Shown: piece by piece, positions 56,569-64,000 of the stretch
Position numbering within the stretch: the first letter of the stretch is position 1
Layout: each line of letters opens with the position of its first letter
NCBI GenBank assembly: GCA_903919975.1
Contig: CAIXKE010000010.1
Location: forward strand, 28,114 to 92,113
Length of the DNA stretch: 64,000 nt
Direction: 5' to 3'
Origin: Akkermansiaceae bacterium
GTDB lineage: Bacteria > Verrucomicrobiota > Verrucomicrobiia > Verrucomicrobiales > Akkermansiaceae
Made by a program: the position numbers and the translations under genes
The notes under the pieces: generated by a model
Databases searched by the model: none
Told to the model about the DNA's origin: nothing
Seen by the model: only the letters and a program-made list of their open reading frames with translations

Positions 56569-57951
56569 ATGGTAAACTTCGACACTTTCGAACAAAAGAT
56601 GACCGCCGCCGGAATGGGCGATGCCGCGATCCGCGCGTTCCGCCGGAATTATGAGGCACTGCTCCGTCAGGAAACCGGGATGATTCCCGAGGAAACGATT
56701 GAGCCGGCGCAGCATCTGGTTTCGCTCGAAAGCATCGACGTTTCTCCTGCGGATGCGGCGCTGATTTCGCAAGCGGTGGTCATCAAGCTCAACGGCGGCC
56801 TCGGCACCGGTATGGGCTTGCAGGGGCCGAAAAGCCTGCTCGCCGTGCGCGAGGGCGTGAATTTTCTCGATCTAATGGTGCGCCAAATACTGGACCTCCG
56901 GAAGTCCAGCGGCGCGCCCGTTAGATTGCTTCTGATGAACAGCTTCAGCACCAGTGGTGACACGCTCGGTCATCTGGAGCGCTATCGCGCCGAGGGGCTT
57001 GCCAACGCCTCTGAAGTCGAGTTGATGCAAAACCAGATCCCGAAAATCGATGCGTTCACGCTGGATCCAGTGAGTTGGCCGCTTGATCCCGATCTCGAAT
57101 GGTGTCCGCCCGGCCATGGCGATCTCTATCCGGCGCTGGTCGGCAGCGGTTGGCTCGATCGGCTGCTCGCCGAGGGCGTGAATTATGCATTCATATCCAA
57201 CTCCGACAACCTCGGTGCCATTCTCGATCCGGTGATTCTCCGCTATTTTGCCGACTCCGGCGCGCCGTTTCTGATGGAAGTCACTCGCCGCACGGCAGCT
57301 GATCGCAAGGGTGGTCATCTCGCCAAGCGCAAGTCCGACGGCCGCTTGTTGCTCCGCGAAGTCGCCCAATGCCCTGAGAGCGACATCGATGCATTTCAAA
57401 ACATCGATCGCCATCAGTATTTCAATACTAACAGCCTTTGGCTGCGTTTGGATCGGCTCAAAGAGCAACTCGCCGCCGATGCCGGCGTGCTGCCATTGCC
57501 GATGATTCGGAACAACAAAACCGTCGATCCGCGCGCCAAGGATTCCAAGCCTGTCATCCAGCTTGAAACCGCGATGGGTGCCGCCATCGAGTGCTTTGAA
57601 GGCTCTGCCGCGATCGACGTTCCGCGCAGTCGTTTCGCACCGGTGAAAACCACCGGCGATCTGCTCGCCCTGCGGTCCGATGCCTACGAAGTGCTCGAAA
57701 ACGGCCAAGTCCGCCTCCATGCCTCGCGCCAGGGCAGGCCGCCCGTCATCCAGCTTTCGGACGAATACAAGCTCGTCGATTCGATCGAAACCCTTGGCGT
57801 GCCGAGTTTGATTGATTGCGCATCGCTCAAAGTCAGCGGTCCGGTGCACTTCGAGTCCGGCGTGATAATCCAGGGTGACGTGGAAGTATCGAATTCGGGT
57901 CCGGAAACCAAAATCGTGCCAGTTGGAACTTACCGAGACCAGGTGTTGTGA
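56569..57951 (+). CDS. UTP-glucose-1-phosphate uridylyltransferase, UDPGP (eukaryote-type) family
   Basis: VIKLNGGLGTGMGLQGPKSLL, LMNSFSTS.DT, PPGHGDLY, and NSDNLGA. The start is ATG 56569 or GTG 56482. Confidence 0.8.
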   Translation: MVNFDTFEQKMTAAGMGDAAIRAFRRNYEALLRQETGMIPEETIEPAQHLVSLESIDVSPADAALISQAVVIKLNGGLGTGMGLQGPKSLLAVREGVNFLDLMVRQILDLRKSSGAPVRLLLMNSFSTSGDTLGHLERYRAEGLANASEVELMQNQIPKIDAFTLDPVSWPLDPDLEWCPPGHGDLYPALVGSGWLDRLLAEGVNYAFISNSDNLGAILDPVILRYFADSGAPFLMEVTRRTAADRKGGHLAKRKSDGRLLLREVAQCPESDIDAFQNIDRHQYFNTNSLWLRLDRLKEQLAADAGVLPLPMIRNNKTVDPRAKDSKPVIQLETAMGAAIECFEGSAAIDVPRSRFAPVKTTGDLLALRSDAYEVLENGQVRLHASRQGRPPVIQLSDEYKLVDSIETLGVPSLIDCASLKVSGPVHFESGVIIQGDVEVSNSGPETKIVPVGTYRDQVL

Positions 57952-58056
57952 GTGTTTCCTCCATAAAACGGAGGAAATGATGCTGGGATGGTTTATCGAA
58001 TTTTTTTCACCGTAGGGTCTTGCCAATCGCGGGGGATACCACTAAAGACCCCGCCC

Positions 58057-58671
58057 ATGTCGAGCATCGGTTCCTTTTCCTTCCCCACGAGCGGTTTTGA
58101 CGCCGTGATTTTCGATTGTGACGGGACTTTGGTTGATTCCATGCCCGCGCATTTTGAGGCATGGTGTGAAGCCCTCGCCATTTACGGCGCGGGGGGGATT
58201 TTCAAGGAGGATGTATTCTTCGCCATGGGCGGGCGTCCGACACATGATATCGTGGTTGAAATCAACGACGAATACGATCTTCACCTGGACCCTGTGGCGG
58301 TGGCTTTCGCCAAACGCGAGGCATTTCTCAAGCGTCTACACACCATCAAACTCATCGATGAAGTGGCCGTTTTCGCCGAATCCCTGCGTGGTAAAGTCCC
58401 GATGGCGATCGCCAGCGGCGGATCGCGCATGGTGGTTGAAAAAACCCTGCATGTGGTCGGGGTTTCCGACTGGTTTGACGAAGTGGTGACCTCGGATGAC
58501 GTTGCCGAAGGTAAACCCGCGCCGGATGTGTTCCTCAAAGCCGCCCAATTGTTGGGAGTGTTGCCATCAAGGTGCTTGGTGCTGGAAGATGCACCCGCCG
58601 GAATCCTGGCGGCACAACGCGCGGGTATGCAAGTGGTGGCAGTGCCGTCGCCTTTGCTTTCTGTTGGCTAA
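58057..58671 (+). CDS. HAD-superfamily hydrolase (beta-phosphoglucomutase-like subfamily IA)
   Basis: Motif I FDCDGTLVDS, motif II ASGG, and motif III/IV KP.PD.FL.AA......C.V.EDA.AG. Start set at ATG 58057. Confidence 0.8.
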   Translation: MSSIGSFSFPTSGFDAVIFDCDGTLVDSMPAHFEAWCEALAIYGAGGIFKEDVFFAMGGRPTHDIVVEINDEYDLHLDPVAVAFAKREAFLKRLHTIKLIDEVAVFAESLRGKVPMAIASGGSRMVVEKTLHVVGVSDWFDEVVTSDDVAEGKPAPDVFLKAAQLLGVLPSRCLVLEDAPAGILAAQRAGMQVVAVPSPLLSVG

Positions 58672-58704
58672 GGAGCGCCGATATACTGTCGGCTGCCGGA
58701 CGGG

Positions 58705-58755
58705 GGACATACTGTCACCCGTCTTCCGCGGTGTGACTCGCCGGACAGTATGTCC
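58705..58755. repeat. 12-bp perfect inverted repeat GGACATACTGTC / GACAGTATGTCC with a 27-nt spacer, plus a third ATACTGTC copy at 58683-58690
   Basis: Read directly from the sequence. Lies in the 290-nt gap between the HAD gene and feoA. Confidence 0.85.
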
Positions 58756-58961
58756 GTCAGCCAGCAGCGCGCAAAATGCACGCGCTCCGAAAAGGAGAAT
58801 GCAGAACCGGAGTGCTGCGAAACCAGAACTAAGTGGAGGTAGCCGGAGGCAAATAGGTCTGACTGACTAAAATACTAAACCTCAGACAATCCGCCGCTCC
58901 TTGGGGCGCTTCGTGATTTTTGTTGTTGCAAATCAGTCTCAATTGGAGAATTTTCCTGCAG

Positions 58962-59216
58962 ATGCCAACTGCGCTAGCCAGTGATTTGAAAATCGACAGT
59001 GCGATGACCTTGAATCAGGTCGGGGTCGGTTGTGATGTTACGATTCGGATTTTGAATGGTCCGGGCTGCGATCGGTTGCGGGATCTTGGATTTTGCGAGC
59101 AATTGCAGGTCCGCAAGCTGGCGGGCGGACGGAACCTGATCTGTTCCGTGTGTGGGACCCGGATGGCCATCAGCCGCGAACTTGCCGAACAAGTTTTGGT
59201 GGCTCCATTGGACTAA
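58962..59216 (+). CDS. feoA: FeoA-family protein
   Basis: LNQVGVGCDVTIRIL and G.....R.LA.GRNLICSV.GTRMAISRELAEQVLV fit the FeoA SH3-like domain. Immediately upstream of feoB. The start is uncertain (58962 or later). Confidence 0.75.
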   Translation: MPTALASDLKIDSAMTLNQVGVGCDVTIRILNGPGCDRLRDLGFCEQLQVRKLAGGRNLICSVCGTRMAISRELAEQVLVAPLD

Positions 59217-59225
59217 CCCTCTGCC

Positions 59226-61112
59226 GTGGCCATGGATGACGCACCCTCGACCATCGCGCTGATCGGGAATCCGAATGCGGGAAAAACCACGCTTTTCAAT
59301 GCGCTGACCGGAGCAAATCAGAAGGTCGGCAATTATTCCGGCGTTACGGTGGCGCTCAAATCCGGTGAAACCTTTACGCCGCACGGGAAAAAACTTCGGG
59401 TGCTCGATTTGCCCGGATGTTATTCGCTGCGCGCACCCTCGCCGGATGAAAAAGTCGCCGTCGATGCGCTGAAGGGCGAATTGCCCGGCTTCGCAAAACC
59501 GGATCTCGTGGTTTGCGTGCTCGACGCTTCGAATTTGGAGCGTCACCTCCAACTCGCGTTGCAAGTCATTGAATTGCAGATGCCGACCGTGATCGCCTTG
59601 AACATGGTGGACATGGCGGAGAAATCCGGATTGCGCCTTGATCCGGCCAAACTTTCCGAGGAGCTCGGCGTGCCGGTGGTCCCGATGCAAGCCAGTGCGG
59701 GGAAGGGGATCATCGAGTTGAAACAGGCGCTGCGTTTTCCGTATCCTACTTCGCCTGATGTGCGGTGGGCCACCGAATCCGATGATTTGGAAAATAGCCG
59801 TCGCGGATTCATTCGGGATCTTTGCGAACTCGTGGCCCGTCGGCCGGACGCGCATCAACTGACGGTCTCGGACAAGCTCGACGGCTGGTTGCTGCACCCG
59901 GTGATCGGGTGGGTGGCGTTTCTCTCGGTGATGTTTGCGGTTTTTTGGGGGATTTTTTCGTTCGCCCAGATTCCGATGGCTTGGATTGAATCCGGTCAGG
60001 GTGTGTTTGCCGACTGGGTGGCCTCGTTGTTGCCGGAGGGCGATTTGAATTCGTTGTTAGTCGATGGAGTGATCGGCGGGGTAGGTGGAGTGTTGGTTTT
60101 CCTGCCGCAGATTCTGTTGCTGTTTTTTTTCATCGGTTTGTTGGAAAGTTCCGGTTACATGGCGCGGGCTGCGTTTCTGATGGATGGTGTGATGTCCAAG
60201 GCGGGGCTCAGTGGTAAGGCTTTTCTGCCGCTTTTCAGTTCCTATGCCTGCGCGATTCCGGGCGTGATGGCCACCCGCACGATTGATTCCGCGAAGGAAC
60301 GATTAGTCACCATTTTCATCGCGCCTTGGATGAGTTGTTCCGCTCGTCTGCCAGTCTATTTCCTGATCGTTCCGCTTTTGCTTCACGAATACGAGGGGTC
60401 TTGGAAACAGGCGCTTGTGCTGTTTGGTATTTACACGCTCGGTACGCTCAGCGCGTTCGTGGTTGCCCGCGTGCTGCGCGGGAAACTTGGGCCGGACACC
60501 AGCAAGACTCATTTCATGCTAGAACTTCCGCCCTACCGCGGGCCTCAGTGGAGTTACATTTTCCGCCATGTTCTCGAACGCGCATGGTCCTTTGTCGCCA
60601 AGGCGGGGACGATCATTCTCGGGCTTTCCATTTTGCTTTGGGCGCTCAGCACCTATCCTAAATCGGACGATGAAAACGTGGACGCACTGTCTCACAGCGC
60701 CATGGGTCGGATCGGCGCGGTGATCGAACCAGTGGTCAAACCGCTTGGATTTGATGGCCGGATTGGCACGGCCATTCTTACGTCATTCGCCGCCCGTGAG
60801 GTGTTCAATTCATCGTTGGCGGTGATTTTCCGGGTGGAAGAGGCAGAGGATGATGAAAAAACCCGCAGCAAACTGCGCGACCGGATCTCCTCCGCGACTT
60901 GGCCGGATGGCAGGTTGTTGTTCACGCCGTTGACCTTGGTGTCGGTGTTGGTGTTTTTTATCTACGCACTTCAATGCCTGCCCACTTCCGCGGTGGTGGC
61001 GAGGGAATCGGGTTCTTTGAAATGGGCGCTCGGGCAGTTTGCTTTCATGACGGGTTTCGCATATGTTGCCTCGATGCTGGTTTTTCAAATCGGCAGATTG
61101 CTAGGTTTTTAA
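59226..61112 (+). CDS. feoB: Ferrous iron transporter FeoB
   Basis: G-domain IALIGNPNAGKTTLFNALTG, DLPG.YSL and NMVD, followed by the polytopic gate domains. The start is GTG 59226 or ATG 59232. Confidence 0.95.
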   Translation: MAMDDAPSTIALIGNPNAGKTTLFNALTGANQKVGNYSGVTVALKSGETFTPHGKKLRVLDLPGCYSLRAPSPDEKVAVDALKGELPGFAKPDLVVCVLDASNLERHLQLALQVIELQMPTVIALNMVDMAEKSGLRLDPAKLSEELGVPVVPMQASAGKGIIELKQALRFPYPTSPDVRWATESDDLENSRRGFIRDLCELVARRPDAHQLTVSDKLDGWLLHPVIGWVAFLSVMFAVFWGIFSFAQIPMAWIESGQGVFADWVASLLPEGDLNSLLVDGVIGGVGGVLVFLPQILLLFFFIGLLESSGYMARAAFLMDGVMSKAGLSGKAFLPLFSSYACAIPGVMATRTIDSAKERLVTIFIAPWMSCSARLPVYFLIVPLLLHEYEGSWKQALVLFGIYTLGTLSAFVVARVLRGKLGPDTSKTHFMLELPPYRGPQWSYIFRHVLERAWSFVAKAGTIILGLSILLWALSTYPKSDDENVDALSHSAMGRIGAVIEPVVKPLGFDGRIGTAILTSFAAREVFNSSLAVIFRVEEAEDDEKTRSKLRDRISSATWPDGRLLFTPLTLVSVLVFFIYALQCLPTSAVVARESGSLKWALGQFAFMTGFAYVASMLVFQIGRLLGF

Positions 61113-61113
61113 T

Positions 61114-61257
61114 ATGGAATGGCAAACGATCATCGCCGCTGGTATTGTGATTCTAACGATCGTTTTTTTTCTAGCGAGACTTGTGCGACCGAAGAAAAAG
61201 AGCGGATGCGGGCAGAGTTGTGGCTGCGGGAAATCCTCAAGGAGCGGCGAACTCTAA
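61114..61257 (+). CDS. FeoB-associated Cys-rich small membrane protein (47 aa; below the ORF-track size cut-off)
   Basis: Manual translation gives MEWQTIIAAGIVILTIVFFLARLVRPKKKSGCGQSCGCGKSSRSGEL: one TM helix, then a CG..CGCG cluster. The ATG lies 1 nt after the feoB stop codon. Confidence 0.7.
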   Translation: MEWQTIIAAGIVILTIVFFLARLVRPKKKSGCGQSCGCGKSSRSGEL

Positions 61258-61299
61258 TTCGCCCTGATGGAATGTAGCGGCGTGTCTTTGACTGTCGCC

Positions 61300-62115
61300 T
61301 CATTTTTGGCATTTTGGGCACCAATAGGTCGAACGTTGGCCGATGACTGCTTGGCGGATGGGCGTGCCGCAGATGCGGCAGGGTTGGCCTTTGCGTTCGT
61401 AAACGAACAAGCGCTGTTTGAAATAGCCGGGTTCGCCATCGGAATGCAGGAAGTCGCGCAGGGTGGTGCCGCCTTCCGCAATCGAATCGCTGAGGACGGC
61501 GCGGATAGCTGCCATGAGTTTTGCGAGGCGTGGCTTGGTGAGTTTTTTCGCCGGGGTGCGTGGGAGGATGCCGGCGCGGAACAAGGCTTCGGAGGCATAG
61601 ATGTTTCCCACACCGACCACCACTTTTGCATCCATGATGACGAGTTTGATCGCTGCCGATCGATTTGTGCACGCCGCTTGCAGATGCGCTGCCGTGAAAT
61701 CTTCCTCAAGAGGTTCGGGGCCGAGGCTTTTGAGGAGCGGATGCGCCATCGGATCGCCGGTTAGGCGCAGCACCAGGCCGAAGCGCCGGGGATCATGGAA
61801 GCGGAGTTGTTTGCCATTCGCCAACGTGATGCCGACGTGGTCGTGCGTTTTCCAGGGATCGGCCGGTGAAATCACCCGCAGGCTGCCGGACATGCCGAGG
61901 TGGATAAGAATCGTGCTGCGGTCATCGATGGCTAACAGAAGGTATTTCGAACGCCTGGAAACAGCGGTGACACGTCGGCCTTCGATGGCCGGGAGGTCGT
62001 CGGAAATCGGTTGGCGTAGATCGTGGCGGCGGACAATCACCTCGCTGATTTTCACGCCGCGCACATGCGGTTCGATGCCGCGGCGGGTGGTTTCGACTTC
62101 GGGGAGCTCGGGCAT
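61300..62115 (-). CDS. mutM: Formamidopyrimidine-DNA glycosylase
   Basis: MPELPEVETTRRG N-terminus, H2TH region and C-terminal zinc finger CRICGTPI.......STYWCPKCQ. Start set at ATG 62115. Confidence 0.95.
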   Translation of the reverse strand: MPELPEVETTRRGIEPHVRGVKISEVIVRRHDLRQPISDDLPAIEGRRVTAVSRRSKYLLLAIDDRSTILIHLGMSGSLRVISPADPWKTHDHVGITLANGKQLRFHDPRRFGLVLRLTGDPMAHPLLKSLGPEPLEEDFTAAHLQAACTNRSAAIKLVIMDAKVVVGVGNIYASEALFRAGILPRTPAKKLTKPRLAKLMAAIRAVLSDSIAEGGTTLRDFLHSDGEPGYFKQRLFVYERKGQPCRICGTPIRQAVIGQRSTYWCPKCQK

Positions 62116-62119
62116 GGTT

Positions 62120-62788
62120 TTATTGGAAAACGAAAAGGCAGGCGGCGAGTACATGGCAGACGCTGCCGGTGAGGACAAACAGGTGCCAGATGGCATGGTT
62201 GTAGGGGAGTCGATGCCAGATGAAGAAAATCACGCCGAGCGTATAGGCGAGTCCCCCCGCAACCAGCCAAACGAGTCCTGCGGTGGGCAGTTCCAGGAAT
62301 AAGGGGCGGATTGCAAGGACAATCAACCAGCCCATGAGCAGGTAGAGCGCGGTGGAAAACCAGTGGTCTTTTTTGCCTTTCAGAAGAGTTTTCATGAGCA
62401 CCCCGCCGATGGCCATAGCCCAGACGGCAGCGAATAATGACCAACCCCAGGGGCCTTTTAAGGTGATCAGCGTGAAGGGCGTGTAGGAGCCGGCGATGAG
62501 TAGGTAGATGCAAATATGATCGAGCGTCTGGAAGCGGGATTTCCAGCGTGGCGTGGTTGAAATGTGATAGAGCGTGGACGAGGTGTATAACACCACGAGC
62601 GACATACCGAACACGGCGGCGGAGAGGGTTTCGAGGAGGTTCCCGAAGGAAAGCATCAGCATGACTGCCAGTGCGGCGAGGCTAAAGAGGATGCCAGCCG
62701 CGTGAGTCACGAGGCTGGCGATCTCTTCGCGGTGAGTGTCGCACAGGTGCGATCGGTCTAGGGCTTCGGTTTCCATCGGCGCTGGCAT
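62120..62788 (-). CDS. Hemolysin-III / PAQR-family membrane protein
   Basis: Seven TM segments. LYTSSTLYH, D...IY.LIAG(S)YTPF and HAIWHLFVL.GS..H are the HlyIII motifs. The stop lies 4 nt before the mutM start. Confidence 0.85.
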   Translation of the reverse strand: MPAPMETEALDRSHLCDTHREEIASLVTHAAGILFSLAALAVMLMLSFGNLLETLSAAVFGMSLVVLYTSSTLYHISTTPRWKSRFQTLDHICIYLLIAGSYTPFTLITLKGPWGWSLFAAVWAMAIGGVLMKTLLKGKKDHWFSTALYLLMGWLIVLAIRPLFLELPTAGLVWLVAGGLAYTLGVIFFIWHRLPYNHAIWHLFVLTGSVCHVLAACLFVFQ

Positions 62789-62871
62789 TTCAATCGCGCC
62801 GGAGAGTCCGTTTGTCCAGCAGGCGGTTTTTGTTCTTTGCTCAATCGCACTTTCCCGGGAAGATTGCCCTG

Positions 62872-64000
62872 ATGGATATGGGCTGGGGCAGTTTGGCGGT
62901 TGTGGTGACGGGCATTTCGCCGTTGTTTGCCTTGTTGACGCTTGTTCTGGTGTTTGCTGTGCTGGTTTCGCTGGTATTGGTGCGGTTCAAACAGAGTTTG
63001 CTGGTGGGTTACCTGCTGAGCGGCGTGTTGATCAGCAATGTGGGATTGTTGTGGCTGACCGGCATGGATCGGGGCGATCCGGTGATTCACAATCTGGCGG
63101 AAATCGGGGTGGTGTTGTTGATGTTTACCTTGGGCATCGAGTTTTCGCTTGGCGAGCTCAAGCATCTGTGGCGTACGGCATTGGTGGGCGGCGGATTGCA
63201 GGTGGGCATCACGGCCTCGGTCACGGGCATAGTGGCTTCGGCCTTCGGGTTTCAGTTGGTGGACAGCATCGTATTGGGGATCGCAGTGGCGCTGAGTTCG
63301 ACGGCGGTTGCCATGAAATCATTTCAGGATCACGGCCAGCAAAACAATCCGGGGGCGCGCGCGAGTTTGGGCATCGCCTTGTTTCAGGACGTGCTGGTGA
63401 TTTTGGTGTTTCTGCTTCTACCCGCGCTCTATCATCAGGGAGACGACGCGATTGGTTGGAAAGTCGGCGTATCGATGCTCAAGGGGATCGCCTTTCTTGG
63501 TGGTGCGTGGTTGCTCGGGCGCTACGGCTTGACGCCCTTGCTCCATGCGGTCGCCAAAACGCGGAGCCGCGAGTTGTTCACTCTCACCGTGGTCGGACTG
63601 TGCGCGGGGGTTGCCTTTGCGGGTGGCGCGTTGGATTTGTCGCTGGCGTTGGGGGCTTTCGCTGCGGGATTGGTGGTCAGCGAGTCGATATACAGCCACC
63701 GGATTTTATCGGACATCTTGCCGTTTAAAGATTTATTTCTGGCGATTTTTTTCGTTTCGGTGGGATTGCTGATTGATGTGTCAGCGGTGGTTGCGGAGTG
63801 GCAAAAAGTTTTGTTAGGTAGTGCGATGTTGCTGGTGTGCAAGGCGGCGGTGGTTTTCGGGGTGCTCAAGTATATGAAATTGCCCGGGCGTTCGGCGATG
63901 TTGGCGGCGGGGAGCTTGGCGAGCACGGGTGAGTTTTCATTGGTGCTGATGGGCGAGGCGGGTGGATACCGGCCATTCGATCCAGCGACCGAGCAAATGC
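62872..64000 (+). CDS. Kef-type monovalent cation:proton antiporter (CPA2), 5' partial; runs off the window and is absent from the ORF track
   Basis: Manual translation from ATG 62872 is open to the window end. MDMGWGSLAVVV..., GYLLSGVLISN, AEIGVVLLMFTLGIEFSLGEL, LGIALFQDV and GAFAAGLVVSES are CPA2/KefB-type motifs. Confidence 0.8.
   Translation, partial: MDMGWGSLAVVVTGISPLFALLTLVLVFAVLVSLVLVRFKQSLLVGYLLSGVLISNVGLLWLTGMDRGDPVIHNLAEIGVVLLMFTLGIEFSLGELKHLWRTALVGGGLQVGITASVTGIVASAFGFQLVDSIVLGIAVALSSTAVAMKSFQDHGQQNNPGARASLGIALFQDVLVILVFLLLPALYHQGDDAIGWKVGVSMLKGIAFLGGAWLLGRYGLTPLLHAVAKTRSRELFTLTVVGLCAGVAFAGGALDLSLALGAFAAGLVVSESIYSHRILSDILPFKDLFLAIFFVSVGLLIDVSAVVAEWQKVLLGSAMLLVCKAAVVFGVLKYMKLPGRSAMLAAGSLASTGEFSLVLMGEAGGYRPFDPATEQM

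Noticed and set aside
58683-58755. LexA/SOS box, because of TACTGT...ACAGTA half-sites
   Set aside because: The half-sites are 27 nt apart rather than the 8-nt spacing of CTGT-N8-ACAG. The downstream genes are iron transport, not DNA repair.
62736-63728. 330-aa plus-strand ORF from the track
   Set aside because: The translation is Gly/Arg/Cys-rich nonsense. It overlaps the hemolysin-III start. It is out of frame with a clean CPA2/Kef-type reading frame (62872 onward) that carries convincing motifs.

Overview
High-GC (roughly 58-60% by eye) bacterial chromosomal segment. The gene content suggests a PVC-superphylum, Verrucomicrobia-like organism: a Pirellula/Verrucomicrobium-type heme-binding dehydrogenase, eukaryote-type HisA and UGPase, and leaders without Shine-Dalgarno sequences. 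The taxon is inference only. I can support about 55 protein genes and one tRNA-Leu(CAA). I see no rRNA, CRISPR array, transposase or integrase. Core content: leuB, rimK, menF-like, rnhB-yraN, lpxI, rlmI, rpsB-tsf, gltBD, gcvP, kup, a 2-oxoacid dehydrogenase E1alpha/E1beta/E2 set, DUF47-Pit, TerC, hisA, UGPase, feoAB plus an unlisted 47-aa Cys-rich partner, mutM, hemolysin-III and a partial Kef-type antiporter missing from the ORF track. There is also a co-directional 8-gene succinate-to-propionate operon: epimerase, Na+-pumping methylmalonyl-CoA decarboxylase, CoA-transferase and B12 mutase. Accessory or decayed content: two type II toxin-antitoxin pairs (VapBC, DUF1778/GNAT) with candidate operators, a response-regulator/histidine-kinase deletion-fusion pseudogene, a roughly 1-kb lower-GC islet with fragments resembling a mobile-element polyvalent protein, and an esterase stub. 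The most interesting signal is not a gene. An exact 13-mer (sense AATCTCAAATTTC) occurs in four separate intercistronic spacers of minus-strand operons. It is embedded in G-depleted spacers built from degenerate 7-9-nt tandem repeats, and translation-initiation regions across the window are strongly G-depleted and lack SD sequences. Other leads: a G14 homopolymer in a divergent promoter, a 935-nt non-coding gap downstream of the mutase operon, a histone-H1-like Lys/Ala-repeat protein with a duplicated transposase-type HTH, and twin 11-bp palindromes upstream of gcvP. All functional calls come from reading motifs in the supplied translations. No database search was run.
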